A stretch of DNA of 59,352 bases, filler included, from Dimargaris cristalligena (taxonomy: Eukaryota), in the NCBI GenBank assembly GCA_003614675.1. It is 4 parts of 4 records of this genome, joined end to end, with 100 filler letters (N's around TTAATTAATTAA, not from the genome) between each part and the next. Parts side by side here need not be neighbours in the genome. Positions count along the whole stretch, not along the records: positions 14,871 to 29,639 come from ML002936.1; positions 29,740 to 44,501 come from ML002937.1; 2 more parts are not named here. One strand, 5' to 3'. The notes below the pieces were generated by a model. That model ran no database searches and was not told the origin of the DNA. It saw only the letters and a program-made list of their open reading frames with translations. Shown here one piece after another: positions 24,643 through 36,972 of this stretch (position 1 is the first letter of the stretch; the number at the start of each line of letters is the position of its first letter). The position numbers were made by a program, and so were the translations under genes.

Positions 24643-27600
24643 ATGACCAAGCCCAGTGATCGACCCGGCATCTCCGGCCTTTACCAAGCGGCTTACGCCA
24701 GCCTGTTTAAAAAATACCCCGAGGTCCAACAAGGTAACCCCAGCCTCCTGATTAATATTTAGAGGGGGGCTACTCAGCGGTGTGGCGAGTTCCCTGTTAA
24801 CGGCCCACTATGTCCATTTTCCCAATAAATCCTGATCACTTGATACCTGTATATTCCCTTAAACCCCATTATACCAACCCCCTATAGAGCGCATCATCGA
24901 GATTTTGGAGGATGTCAGTATGGATGAGGCCGATGCTGAAGCCACGTTGGACCAGATGCGTCAACGGCGGAAGCCTACCTTGGAACCCATTGTAATCATG
25001 GATGACAGCGGAAATGACACCGACGGCCCTGTTAAGTTAAAATCCAACCAACCCCATCCATTAGACAAAGCCAGCGAGTCAGATGCCGAGAGTTCCGAGC
25101 CGCCTTCCAAAGTTGTAAGTATGGGCCCAATTTTGGTGATTCGGGGGAGCCAGTTGTAATCTATGTAACTAAAGTGTAGCATCGGAGTCAGGTTGGTCTA
25201 TTCCCACAAGTCTGTAATCCGTGGATTTACCCACTGTATCATCAGGTACTGATTATGTCACAATCGGATCGGTCAGCCAACTACCCTCTGCTCCAATCGC
25301 CAGGCCTTTAACTTTAATTTGAAATATTATACTTCCGAATTTTATAGCGTACCCAGCGCCGACGTCTAGTGCCTAAAAAGGAGTTGCCCGATAGTTTGAG
25401 CGATATTCCTGACTCCGACACCGATGTCAGCGGCAGCCTCTCCCGGGGCCGGTCCGTTGCGGACAAGCGCGCTGCCCGAACCAAATCCGAAACCAAGGTG
25501 AAATCGGCCCTACCCCCAACTAAAGGTAGGTCAATAGGTTCATCCCTGGTTAATATTATACCCATTTCAGGGGACCCACTCGTTCTCTTTGAAAATACCC
25601 CCCCTCCATAATAACACTATCGTCTTACAACATCTACCTACCTACCTGTCCACCTATAACCACCCTAGTCAATCGCCCCCGTCAGATAAAATCACAAGGC
25701 TATGTGCCGGAATCCAACGAAGTCCCAGAAGACGAAAACCTTGAAGTCGTCGGGGAAGACCCATCGGATAAGCCCGGCGGTGACCTCCCCTGTCGTATAT
25801 TGGATAATTTTATTTTTTACGATTTGGCCAACAGGAATCTCCCCATCTCCATGGACGAAATCGGTCAGGAGGGCTTTGACATCACGGCCTCCGGAGATGT
25901 GGAGCCAATATACAACGACGGAGTACATCCCGACGACGAAAACGATGATGATGACGACGACGACGACGATGGCGAGTTGGGTGCCGGGGGAAGCTCGGAT
26001 GGTCGATCGCCCGGACCTTCGGATTCCGGCTTATCGGTCATGGCCCCGAAATCAAAAAAGACCGGGGGAAAACTGTCCTCCCGCCAGCTCAGTAAACAAC
26101 CCCAGGAATCCAAAAAATCTCGCAGCCCCAAGCAGCGTATCCGGCTAAGCGCCATCTTTTACTACCAGGAGCAGTACCTAGATTCAGGCTTGAGGTAAAT
26201 AATCAACCGATTTTTATAAATAATCCTCCAACTTTGCCATACATTAATAGTCAGGGTTGGGTAAGCCCGTATCGGTCTGTTGCGTACTTTCTTAAAAGAA
26301 GACGTCCGTACCAGTCTGTCTAGTATTAATGTTAGAGTATATTGCTGATCTTCTGTTGTCATTCCCGGATCTAGTGCCATCTGGTTACGCACAACCTTTG
26401 CCTGGTACAAGCTGTGTCGCCCGCATCCTCAATACGAAGGCATCTACACATCAATCGTCCAGCCGATCCGTATGGCCAACTTGGTCATTGCCTGGGCCCT
26501 CAATTGCCCGCAGGACGACTACAAAGCGTTCGTTGCCGCCTTGCCCCAGGTATCATTGCGGGGAGTCACCCAACCGGGCTGTTCTAATTTCGGGGGCGGT
26601 AAAATATCCGGGGAGGGCGATCACGATGGCCCCGAGTCCAACCGAACTTATTTATCTCGCTACGACTACCGCCACACCTGCACCGAGCGCGTTCTGTTGA
26701 ACCAGATCGATTTCGTCTGCTCCGAGGTCGAGGCCTGGTGCGAACAATCCAATGATTTTGAAATTATACAAACCCCCATTCTGCAGGAGATCTTCAAGCG
26801 GCGCTTCTCGGAGAAGATTAAACCGACCCGTCAGGGGGGACGTCAACGCAACGAATATGATGCCCATGATTCCTACCGACCGTCCGAAGAGTCGGCTACT
26901 CGCCAGGTCAGCCGGGTGCAGCGTGCGCCCAAATCTAAGAAAGGCCTCCCCGAAAACGGGGCAACCGTTACGCCCCACATTAATAACATCGCCAAGGGGT
27001 TGTTCAAGAAGAATCTGGTGGCCATCAAGACTAACCACCCTGATCTGCCGGCTTTGGTATTGAATGCGTCCGAAACCACCGTGGCCCAATTGGACCCTGA
27101 GTTGAAGGTCGCCGCTGGTAATGCGGCCGAGGCCTCTGTAGTGGACGACGAGATGGATCCAGATGGTCCCGCGGATATGGTCATCACTGCCGATGCTCCA
27201 CACGCCGGCTTTTTCATGAATAATCCGGTGGACCTCCAATTTAAGGACCCTATGTCCGACACTCATGGATTACGTGGCTCCCTGGCCCGTAAATACTATC
27301 GGGAATTGGTGGCCGCTTTCCCCAGCCCCTCCACCAGCCCCGCTTCCGCTCAGTTGTCGAAAGACCCTCTGGGGGGGATCGAGTCTGATTCCGACTGCGA
27401 TTCGGGTTCCGACGCGGCGGGTCAGTTGCCCAAGGCATTCCGTCGCCGAGTTAGTTTGCAGAACGACTCGGACCATCAGCCAACGGTGCAGCAAACTGTA
27501 CGTATCCACGATTGTGTTTACGTGTCGGCTCTCCCCGAATTGCCCGATACTAAAAGCCGGGGTCGGAATAACCAGCGGCAACTAGCCCCGTCCTCCCTCA

Positions 27601-29639
27601 GGAATGACCACCCCAAGATTGTCCGGGTAACCCATATGTATTACGATACCTACAAGCAGCAGTACAACATGCATGGTCGGTTGTTGGAATACGGACGAGA
27701 CACGGTCTTGGAAGAGGTGGCCAGTCCCCACGAACTCTTCTTGACCGACGAATGCCATACCTTCAACTTTAAGACGGATTTCCGCGGCTTGTGCTCCGTC
27801 CATTATTGTGCGCCCGAGGAAACGGGCAAGTCGCTCATGGCCAAATTTGGCATCACCACCGGATTCTTTTACCGTTTCTGGCATGACCCTCAAACAGGTG
27901 CCTACGAAGATGCGGAACGCCACACGGTGCCGGTGGACCAGTGGCCTACTACGTCGGGTTACTGCCCCGCCTGTGCTAAGCGCCAGTATCTGCAGTCCAC
28001 GGAAAAGGCCCGGTGGATCATCAGGGACCTTCCTCATTCGGCCGGCACTATGGAGAAGACTCCCATGCCCTGCCTTACCTACAAGGAGATAGATTACCAT
28101 TTGGGCGACTTCGTGTACATTATCCCTAATGTACGCGGGGTTCCCTACCGTATCGGACAGATTGTGGCCTTTAGTCCCCATAATATCTACCAACGACCGC
28201 CAACATCGATAGCGCCACTTAAACCCAAGTCCCCCATCAAGATTAATTACTTAAGTGATTCTGACAGCGACAGCGACCTTAAAGTCATCATTGAGCCATC
28301 CATTCTGATGGCCACCATCTCTTCACCGAAGCCACTGTTTGCGCAGGTGAAGTACGCATTGCCCCACTTACCCAACGACCAGCTGGATCCCGCTAACAAA
28401 GCAATTCCCCGCCACGTTTGTATCCGGGAGTATATCCGGATGGATGATGTGCCCATTCACCAGCTGCCCGTGTCGGACCGGACCTTTGTCACGGTGGACC
28501 CGAGCGCTCTGCGGACCAAAAAACCCATGCTGGCTTCCCGCTCGAACTATGCCCAGACGCTAGACGGTACCCCCGAACAGTCCCGGGTGGGTATCTCCTC
28601 GGGTTCAACGGCCGAGGGGGACTCACTTACCCCCAAGGCCAGTCCAGGCAATGGGTCGCCGGCCAACGCCCTTTTGCGGTTCCCCATCAAGGACAGTCGC
28701 CATCTTTTCGCCACCTCCAAATACACCAATATTGAACCGTCGCGGTTGGAGGGCAAGTGCTGGGTCCAACACATTTCCCATATTGACGACCTGGAAGCCT
28801 ACAAAGACGACGATACCAATGCCTTCTATGTCGAATTTGAAAATCAGCGCTCCGCCACCGCCTACGACCCCGCCGCTATACCCACTGGTTTGCGCTTTAG
28901 TCGCCTACAGCCCGACCAACTGACCACCTGTGTGTCTTGTCAGCACACCCGCGCGGTTCGTATCCAATCCCGGCGCCAGCTGCTGGCGACCGCCGCCCAG
29001 GCTATGCAAGCTCCGGTCCCCCAGTATACGCCGCAGACTCACACCAAGAATTTGCTCCGGGGACTCCAGGACGGCCAGATCATTCCGCACACCATTAATA
29101 AGGCCAAACCCCTCATTGCGCTAGATATTTTCAGTGGCTGTGGTGGATTGACCGCGGGCATGGAGGCCAGTGGGATAGTAGAGACGAAGTACGCCATTGA
29201 GTTTATGCCTAGTGCCGCCCTCACCTTCGAGCGCAATTACCCCGGTGCCACGGTGTATAACCAATGTGCCAACCTCCTGTTGGCCCGAGCCATTGGGCAA
29301 CATATGGACGGCCGCGAACTTGCCCCTGAGCAGGACTTTTTAGGGCGCCGTCTGCCCGACATGCCCGCACCGGGCCAAGTGGACTTTATCTACTGCGGTC
29401 CCCCCTGCCAGGGGTTCAGCGGTATCAACCGATTCCCTAAAGCAGATGACATCAAGAACACCCTCGTTACCACGTCGTTGAGCTACGTGGACTTCTATCG
29501 GCCGCGCTACTTCCTACTGGAAAACGTCTACGGTATGGTGCGTTTCCGTCTAGGTGGTACCCAGGACAGTTCCGCCAAGATTAAGGATGGCATTAAAATG
29601 GGGGTCCTCAAATTCATTATTCGGGCCCTTACGTCCATG
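24643..29639 (+). CDS. DNMT1: DNMT1/Masc2-type DNA (cytosine-5)-methyltransferase, 3' end lost in gap; exons 24643-24733, 24888-25114, 25348-25525, 25669-26194, 26375->29639
   Basis: RFTS/RFD-like region (RILDNFIFYD...IRLSAIF...SAIWLRTTFAWYKL). Two BAH-like domains (IHDCVYV...HELFLTDEC; YHLGDFVYI...PYRIGQI). MTase motif I LDIFSGCGG, motif IV GPPCQGFS, motif VI LLENV. All four GT-AG introns keep the frame. Confidence 0.93.
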
Positions 29640-29739
29640 NNNNNNNNNNNNNNNNNNNNNNNNNNNNNNNNNNNNNNNNNNNNTTAATTAATTAANNNNN
29701 NNNNNNNNNNNNNNNNNNNNNNNNNNNNNNNNNNNNNNN
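29640..29739. other. Assembly gap spacer; hides the 3' ends of two converging genes
   Basis: N run with TTAATTAATTAA; open reading frames run into it from both sides. Confidence 0.97.
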
Positions 29740-32223
29740 GCATGGGCATGGGGGCACCCGGGGGTAACATGCCCGGATTGGGGGGGGGAGGGCAGACACG
29801 CGGGAAGCCACGGAAGCCGAAGGGGCGGCGGCAGTCGGAGGGTGGACATCCCCACTAGTGGAAGATGGGACCGGGGGAGGCTCCTGATGCGAGGAGCTCC
29901 GTGGGACAGGGGGGATGGGGGCCGGATTTGGGAGCGGGGGAAGAGGAGCGGAGGAGTAGTGGGGAACAGGGGGGATAGACTGGCGCCTAGGCGTAGGGGC
30001 CTTGGAAGGGGCGGCTTCGACAGGGGGGAGAGGGTCAGGCGGTGGGGCGGCAGCGGGTGGCAGAGGCAAGGGGGTGTTCTGGCTCTTGCCAGGGAGGGGG
30101 AAGGCGTTGACAACCCCGCTTAGGCGGTTGTCGGCAGGGGGGCGGGGAACGAACTCAGAGCTATCGGAACCCGACCCCTCACCCGACTGGGAATCCAGAA
30201 TAGGGGGCGAATGGGCACCATGGGCAGAGGAGCGTGGAGCGGTGGCATAGAGCTTGGAAACCTCCTCATCGGTCAATACTCGGACAAACTATTGTGGTAT
30301 CATGGCAGGTTGATGAATATTGGGACAGAGTAGGTGGGATTAGGTTCCTACAGCATACATATGCGACCATCCGAATTAATATGGCTTATTCAAATTTCAA
30401 ACAATATCGACGGCTACTCAGGTTAATGAGCATCCTTTAGAAATAGCCAATGAATGGTACTTACGTTGGCGGGGAAAATCCCCTGTTGGCCGTCTTTCTC
30501 GCCTTGGTACCAGCCCTCAATTTCCTTCATGACCCCGATGATATCACCCGTAACGAGTTGAAGTTCATCGTCATCCTGGGGGTCATAGTCGAACAGCACT
30601 TCGACCATCATGGCGTCTGGAAATTGGGCGCGGGATAATTGATGGGTACATACCGGGGGGGCGGGGTTAATAGTTATAGTAATGAAAACTGCCGATGAGC
30701 GGATATACGGGCGTATTGAAAGCCAAGAGTGGTAATGACAGCCGTTCCTTGGGAGTGCCAAGGCATTTTGGTTAAGAGATGGGCACTTACAGGGGTTACG
30801 CTTGGGGCGAGTGTGGGCCTTCATTTGAGACTTTGCCTGAATTTCTTGCTGGAGTTTGGGGAGAGAGGTTTTGGGGTATTGGCCCACTTGCTTGACAAAC
30901 TGGAGGCGATTGAGATGGGAAGGTAAGGTAAAGAATAAGCAGGGAGGCGGATGGCATACGAATACGAGGGTTTAGGGACCGGAGTGGAATAGACTGAACA
31001 AAGAAGCAGTGCGGAGCCGGAGAAAAAAGACACTCGGAACTCAGTCTTGGCTATATGCTGGATAGAGTTCCGTAGCCAGTCAGAAGCGGGAGTGAGGGTG
31101 AGGTGGAGGCCAGGAGGAGCAAGTGTGGATGAGCTCCGTTCAAGAAGCCGGGCAGTGGAAAGTATGAAAATAAGAGCGTCTCAGGAGACTAGGAAGTGAG
31201 AAAGGGCACCCTCGCTAGTAACGAAGACAGGAATGGGCTCTATAATAGATGCTACTATTATTATTATAATTATAAAAATAATTAAGTGGAAAGAAAGAGA
31301 AAGACGGAGTACCCGGGCCTACGGTAACCACCGACCAGCTCCTCTATACTCGGGGCAGGCCCCAGTCAACGAAACCATCTGCCCCGGTTGCGTATATGCA
31401 GTCCACTATAGCCTCACCGCAACCTCTACTCCCCCCTCCTGTTGGCTGGAAGCCCTCCACCGCATACAGAGAGGGATGATGCGCAACATCAGAAACCGGG
31501 AAATGGTCACTTGAAACCACTGACAGTAGGCACCGCCGCCGTTTGTTTGACAGTGCTTCAAAACAAATGACCGAGCCTGGAAGGGAAACCTCCCTTTTAA
31601 GGAACACTGCCAAGTACTTTAGCTAGATTGTTGCAGTGGCCTATAAATAAACCGATAAATAAACAGGAAGATTGCCTCCCTCCACCTTGCCCATTCTAAA
31701 CTAAAATCAAGCACCCTAGGCAATCCCGGCCTGGTCCCTGAGAAAGACCCCTCCTGACCCATCTGGGTCAGCTGGAAGAGAACCCGGGGGGCGGAGAGCA
31801 TTCAATTTCAGTCAGTCTCCCCCGTATCGACGATATACAATAGAAGGGGAGGAGGATCTCTCGCGCTACTCTGCGTGTATGCAGCTGCTCGGGACCCGCA
31901 TACTGGCCTAGCCGCTCCACCAATTAATCATTAGAAGTGATTAATAGCCGACAAGAGGGCCAAATCTGCCGCCAGATGCTAATCCTATCTACAATAAGGA
32001 ACCCATAAAAATATGCACTTACGTCTTTGGGGAACCAGCCCTTATCATTAGTATGCAGGTTGAGGCCTATCCACCAGGTCTCCACTTCCTGGCTCAGCAC
32101 CAGAATGTAGTCATGCGCCCGCATCTCGAGCTCGTCTTCCCGCTGTTTGAAGTACGGCTGGCGGCAACGTACGAGCAAAAAGGTATCGTCGTCGGTCATC
32201 TCGGTTGGTGGCAATTGGTACAT
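29740..32223 (-). CDS. Double-SH3 adaptor with proline-rich tail (CD2AP/CIN85-like layout), paralog B, 3' end in gap; exons 32223-32023, 30899-30791, 30616-30465, 30288->29740
   Basis: SH3-1: VRCRQPY..REDELEM..DYILVL...TWWIG...KGWFPKD|FVKQV. SH3-2: VEVLFDYDPQDDDELQLVTGDII...GWYQGE...GIFPAN|FVRVL. Then PxxP-rich sequence. All donors are GTAAGT and phases 0,1,0 are consistent. Confidence 0.85.
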
Positions 32224-32751
32224 GGCGGGGGAACTCCGGTCTACGTGCTAAAGGCGGCACGAGTAGTAAGTAGGTCGTTAATATGGGGGAGTGCGCGGCA
32301 ATGCAGTGCCCAATGAGGGAAATGGGTTGGTTGGAGATGGTAGGGGCCCGCAAGTAAAACTAGTAGCAGTAGGTGGGAATCGGACCCCAAAAAAAACTAA
32401 ACGCGGGCAGTGGTGAGAAAAATGCAGTCGGAGTCGAGTAGACACAGGCTGGTGGTGTGCTTGAAGGTTGGTGGATATGTCTGGAGAGAGAGAGAATGAA
32501 AGAGAGCCACTCGGATATCAGCGGAGCAGTGAACCAGCGAATAGTTTTGGGAGTGGTAAAGATAATAACTCTAGGGCGGAGGAGGAGCGTTCGGTACAGT
32601 CCACTTAATAATACCGGCACGAAATTGGAGCACCGCGGTGGTCAATGGGGGACGCAGGCGCGTACGATTGGGTTACCGAATAGGAGGGAGGAAGTGTCAG
32701 CTACCACCAAATAAATGGTAGAGGTAGGTTCTTCTATCTATGTAAGCGAAT

Positions 32752-32782
<31 letters not shown>

Positions 32783-34691
32783 GCGTGCGTGCGTGTTGGC
32801 AATCGGCAGTTGGGCACCAAAAAGAGTATTAAAAGATACAACTGTGAAGCGTGGCTGGTAGTCAAAGAGGTCAAAGGCAACAATAGTAAGCAGAAGACGA
32901 TGAAGAGGAAAGAGTAGGCCGAAAAGGCAGACGAAGCTATAAGCACCAACTTACAGACGATCTTGGCTGTCAAAGTCAGCCAACACAAAATGAATAATAG
33001 GAAAAAGAGAAGCGCGGTTGTCGGCTGGGCGCCCAAGGAAAGGACTTAATAGATGGGTAGTGCCTCCCCCCTTCACCTCCACCCTTACATTATTGCCCGA
33101 CAATCCCTCCACGAAATATTTCGAAGAAGGGGGGGAATGATTGATTAGTGGGGAGAGACGGAGCACCATTACAAAGGAAGAACCAGGGGAGGCCGCCGAT
33201 CCCCCAGGCTAGATTGAGCCCCCGTTTCCCTAAAATTGATAAGGAGGGGGAGCCTTCTCTGTCCATGTATACAGCAACAGCAACTACTACTCCGCAAGCC
33301 CAATTGGCATAGTATAGATAGTGGCGACGGCGTATTTCATTGATTCCGATCCATTTCGCATTTCACCATTTGTTAGGCAGACGCGGCCCGTCCAAATTGA
33401 AGGGCAATGGTTTCACTGGGACTGGGACTGGGACTGGGGCTGGGGTGTGACCACAGGGGATTGGCGGCCTCCACCTCGCCGATCCTTGGGAATGCTATTA
33501 ATTAGGGAAGAGTGGCCAAATCCACCTTAAATGTACGATGCCGGAATGACTTGCCAGAAATCTAACCTCCCTCCTCAGTCTTGAAGTGGAAACCGACAAT
33601 CGGAACTGCCGGATAACCCAGTCTGCCATTCCATTCAATCTACAGAGTGACAATGGTCAGTCCCCTCCCCATATACATACATACACACATATGCAGACAT
33701 ATACGCCATGGGGATTATTTATTACTTTATCAACTGTTATGATACACGATGTCTTTCCTACTTGTGTTAATAAAGGCCCGGTGGATCTTGTATTAAATGT
33801 CGTTTTAAAAAAGCAGCGGTGCTGACCACAGGTTAGCGGAGAAAAGTCGAGCATGACATGTGGGTCGCACACGTAGCGGCGACCTCCCCCTTTTATTTTC
33901 CAATTCGACCGAAATTCGACACCCCTAAAAAGCGTAAAACAACCTATCGGTCAGGGTGGGTTGATTTTGCATGGCCACCCCCCATTTGAACACACTACTA
34001 GGTCAGGGGCTAAATTGGCCATCGAGGGTGTATCCCGAACCACCCCTGCCTCTATAATCAACAAGACACGCGTGCAGAACCAGTGGCCATACTCGAGTTT
34101 ATTTAGAAAATTACAAAGTCGTAGGGAAAAATTAAATATCGTTAACGGAACAAGTGGGCGCGGGGTTGGAACAGACATCATTAAAAAATATAGGCTGGTG
34201 AATCTGGGTGATTGAAATGGAACATAAGCAATAAAAATAATAATAATAAATGGGGTGTAGAATGAGGTTGCACAATCAGGTCGTGAGCCAGCCAACCAGA
34301 ATAGCGATTTTTGAGGCTTGTTAATTAGATAATATATCAGGTGCAGGAATGGGTAGAAATATAGGAGGGAAAGTGCAGGTGAGAGTAGAGAATATATATG
34401 AATATGAATATAGTAATGAATTGGAAGTGGGAGCAGGGTGTACTTCGATATGGCTTTAGAGGGATGTTTTTTTTTATCAGAGTAATTGGTTCAGGGTCTG
34501 TAGACCATGACTAGGGATTAAGCAGGGTCAGCGACGGATAGACACAACACAAATAAAACCAACGCACTATACAGTAGTACTAGAGAAGGGTATGCTGGAA
34601 GGGCAGCTAATTGGATTGATTGCGGAGGAATAGCAGCGGCTTATGGGTGAAATCGAATGCGTGGGCGTGGGCGGGGTAAGGGGTGGCCAAG

Positions 34692-36972
34692 CTAAGCACC
34701 CGAATGCATTGAGCTGCGGATACTCGAGAATCGGTTCGTAAAGAAATTGCCCACCGAAGCACGCGGCTTGCGGAGAAAGGTGAGTCGCAGCGTTGATAGG
34801 GCTGGTGGGTGGTACATTAGCGGATAGGAAGACGGTTAGCAAGGCAGAACTAATGACGTGCTGAGATGAGAAGGCAGTCCGATGCCGAAGCGGAACTAAG
34901 CCGGTGAGAAATAGGGTTGCGGTTTGGGTTACGAAGAATACAGATAATGCACTTACAAGGCTTGCGGGGGAGGGATTGCGACGGAGTATCCTTGAGGGGG
35001 GTGGTGGTGGGGGATATGGGGGAAGGGGGCGACTGGTCTGACGATTGCATAGACACGGTCGAGGACGAAGACGAAGGCAGGGGGGATCGGGATGCAGATG
35101 GTGCCGGGGACCCACACTTGGTGGGGGTAGATGATGACGCCGAGGTATGGGGCCGGGATGGGGATGATTGTATAGTAGGGGAGGTGGTTTTGCCCGATGG
35201 ACGAGGGGACAGGCGCTTGGGAAGATTCAAGTGAGCAAAATCAAGCGGAGCAGTCACCTGTGGTAAAAAACCGGACGATTGGAATAAAACATAATACAAT
35301 AGAGAAAAGCGACTACAGTTAGTTCAGTCCGCGAGTGTCGAAGACGTCACATCGCTGCACTGGTCCCGTGATCAGTGAAGCCAGGGTCACAGACTGCGCG
35401 ACGTGGAAGTAATGATATGTGCCTTTCATAAAACCGGTTGAATATGCGCCATGACGAGGGGTGGACATCCCCTATTATTCATGGAACCGGTGTAGTGTAT
35501 GACTCTGGAAGCAGCCGAATGGCCGCCGCCGTCCATCATGGATTCCGACAGTCACCCCAATAGGCAACCATTCGTTGATGCAGCCCCAAGGGGTATTATG
35601 CTTGGCGGACTGAAAAAGGGGGCCACAGTTTACACTTACCAGGCTGGGAAATATACCGGTGCGGCCGTTAGCGTAGCCCATATGCCACCCGTCACGTGTA
35701 TCAATGACCACCACAACGTCATTAGCATTAAGCGTGAATTCGTCTTCCTCGTACCTTGATTGAACCCGGTGCAGTTGGAGGGCTGGAGTATTAAAAATAG
35801 ACATAGGACAATGTAATTACGATGTGTAAGTGGCGGCGGAATAATGATTAGCCATTACAATATGACTATGGTAAATACTGTATTGGGCAGTAGTGGAAGC
35901 ACAGGTGGTGGTCAACAATATATGTTTCCAATGCCTGGTGGGGTGTGGCTTCAGTTTAGCCAAGCCTTCCCCGCTCTCCCCATTTGTAATCAGCCCACTG
36001 CTATGGGAAAGCGGCTAATGGGACCTGCCAATCCCAATGGAGTGAAGAAGAGGGCACTTAGCCACTGAATCGAGGATTGTCCCAACTAGAATATACCACC
36101 CCCCATGCCTTCGACTAATAGTCGAGCGCGGCATGCCGACTCTCCACCCCGCTCGGCTCCGGGGCCCACCGGTATCCTCATTTAAGCAGCGATGCTGACG
36201 GTGAAATTACTTTTCCTGCAGCCCAACACACACATACACATACACGTGTGCGTTTCGCCTCCTTTCGGATTTAAGGGAAGGAAAATGGATAGTCCTTGGC
36301 CATGGATAAGAGTACCCCACCAAGAAACGGGTGCATAACGACGTACCTTTGGCTTTAAGCCCGTCCAATTCACTGGGGGGGGAGAAGGGGAGGTCCTCGG
36401 TCATTGTACTTCTTGCTGGATGAGTTTCCGACCTCACCCAAGATACAGACAAACTATTCCGGGGAGATGCATAACCAAGGTGGTGGGGTTCCAAGCCGGA
36501 AGCAATCAATAGTATGATTTGAAGATAAGTAGTACACAGTGAGTCCGTGTTCTAGAAAAATAGCAGCACTGAGGATCGCCCGCAACGGTGCCCTTGCCCC
36601 CCGCGTGTATTTAGATATCTGGGGGATGGGCGGGAGAACCGGGGGGGGGACTAGTAATATCACATTCAGTATAGACCGATTTGAGTATTCCCGCAAACTT
36701 TATATGAGATGGGCTGAAATAGGGTTGGCGGTCATTTACAGGCAAGCGGCGAAATACTACGGATGACTTACATTTGATGGGAAGTAGCCCGTTTGGCCGG
36801 TACGGAGGTTAACGCCGGCCCACCAGGTGGCACAGCGGCGGTCCCACAGGCAGACCAAATCACCCTTGGTGAGAGCCAGTTCGTCCGAGCGACGTGGAGT
36901 ATGGGCATGGCGGGTATGGGCTATGAAGGAGCCGACGATGCGGGCTTCGAAGACGGGCCAGGTAAACGACAT
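34692..36972 (-). CDS. Double-SH3 protein, paralog A (~286 aa), with an apparent +1 frameshift in a C8 run; exons 36972-36772, 36453-36347, 35782-35640, 35257-34957, 34801-34692
   Basis: SH3-1: ...SDELALTKGDLV...TWWAG...TGYFPSN|FVCIL. SH3-2: KAK|ALQLH...EDEFTL..NDVVVV...GWHMG...GIFPSL|VT. Ser/Pro-rich tail; TAG at 34694-34692. Exon 2 is 107 nt but needs 106; removing one C at 36375-36382 gives LLPPSELDGLKAK-ALQLH. Confidence 0.65.

Noticed and set aside
30465..36972. Four SH3 exons all ending FPxx|GTAAGT looked like an array of mutually exclusive first exons spliced to one constant exon (protocadherin-like)
   Set aside because: Two of the four have good acceptors and phase-1 linker exons (30899-30791, 36453-36347), and the upstream pair has its own tail and stop. 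Two tandem double-SH3 genes explain the data better.
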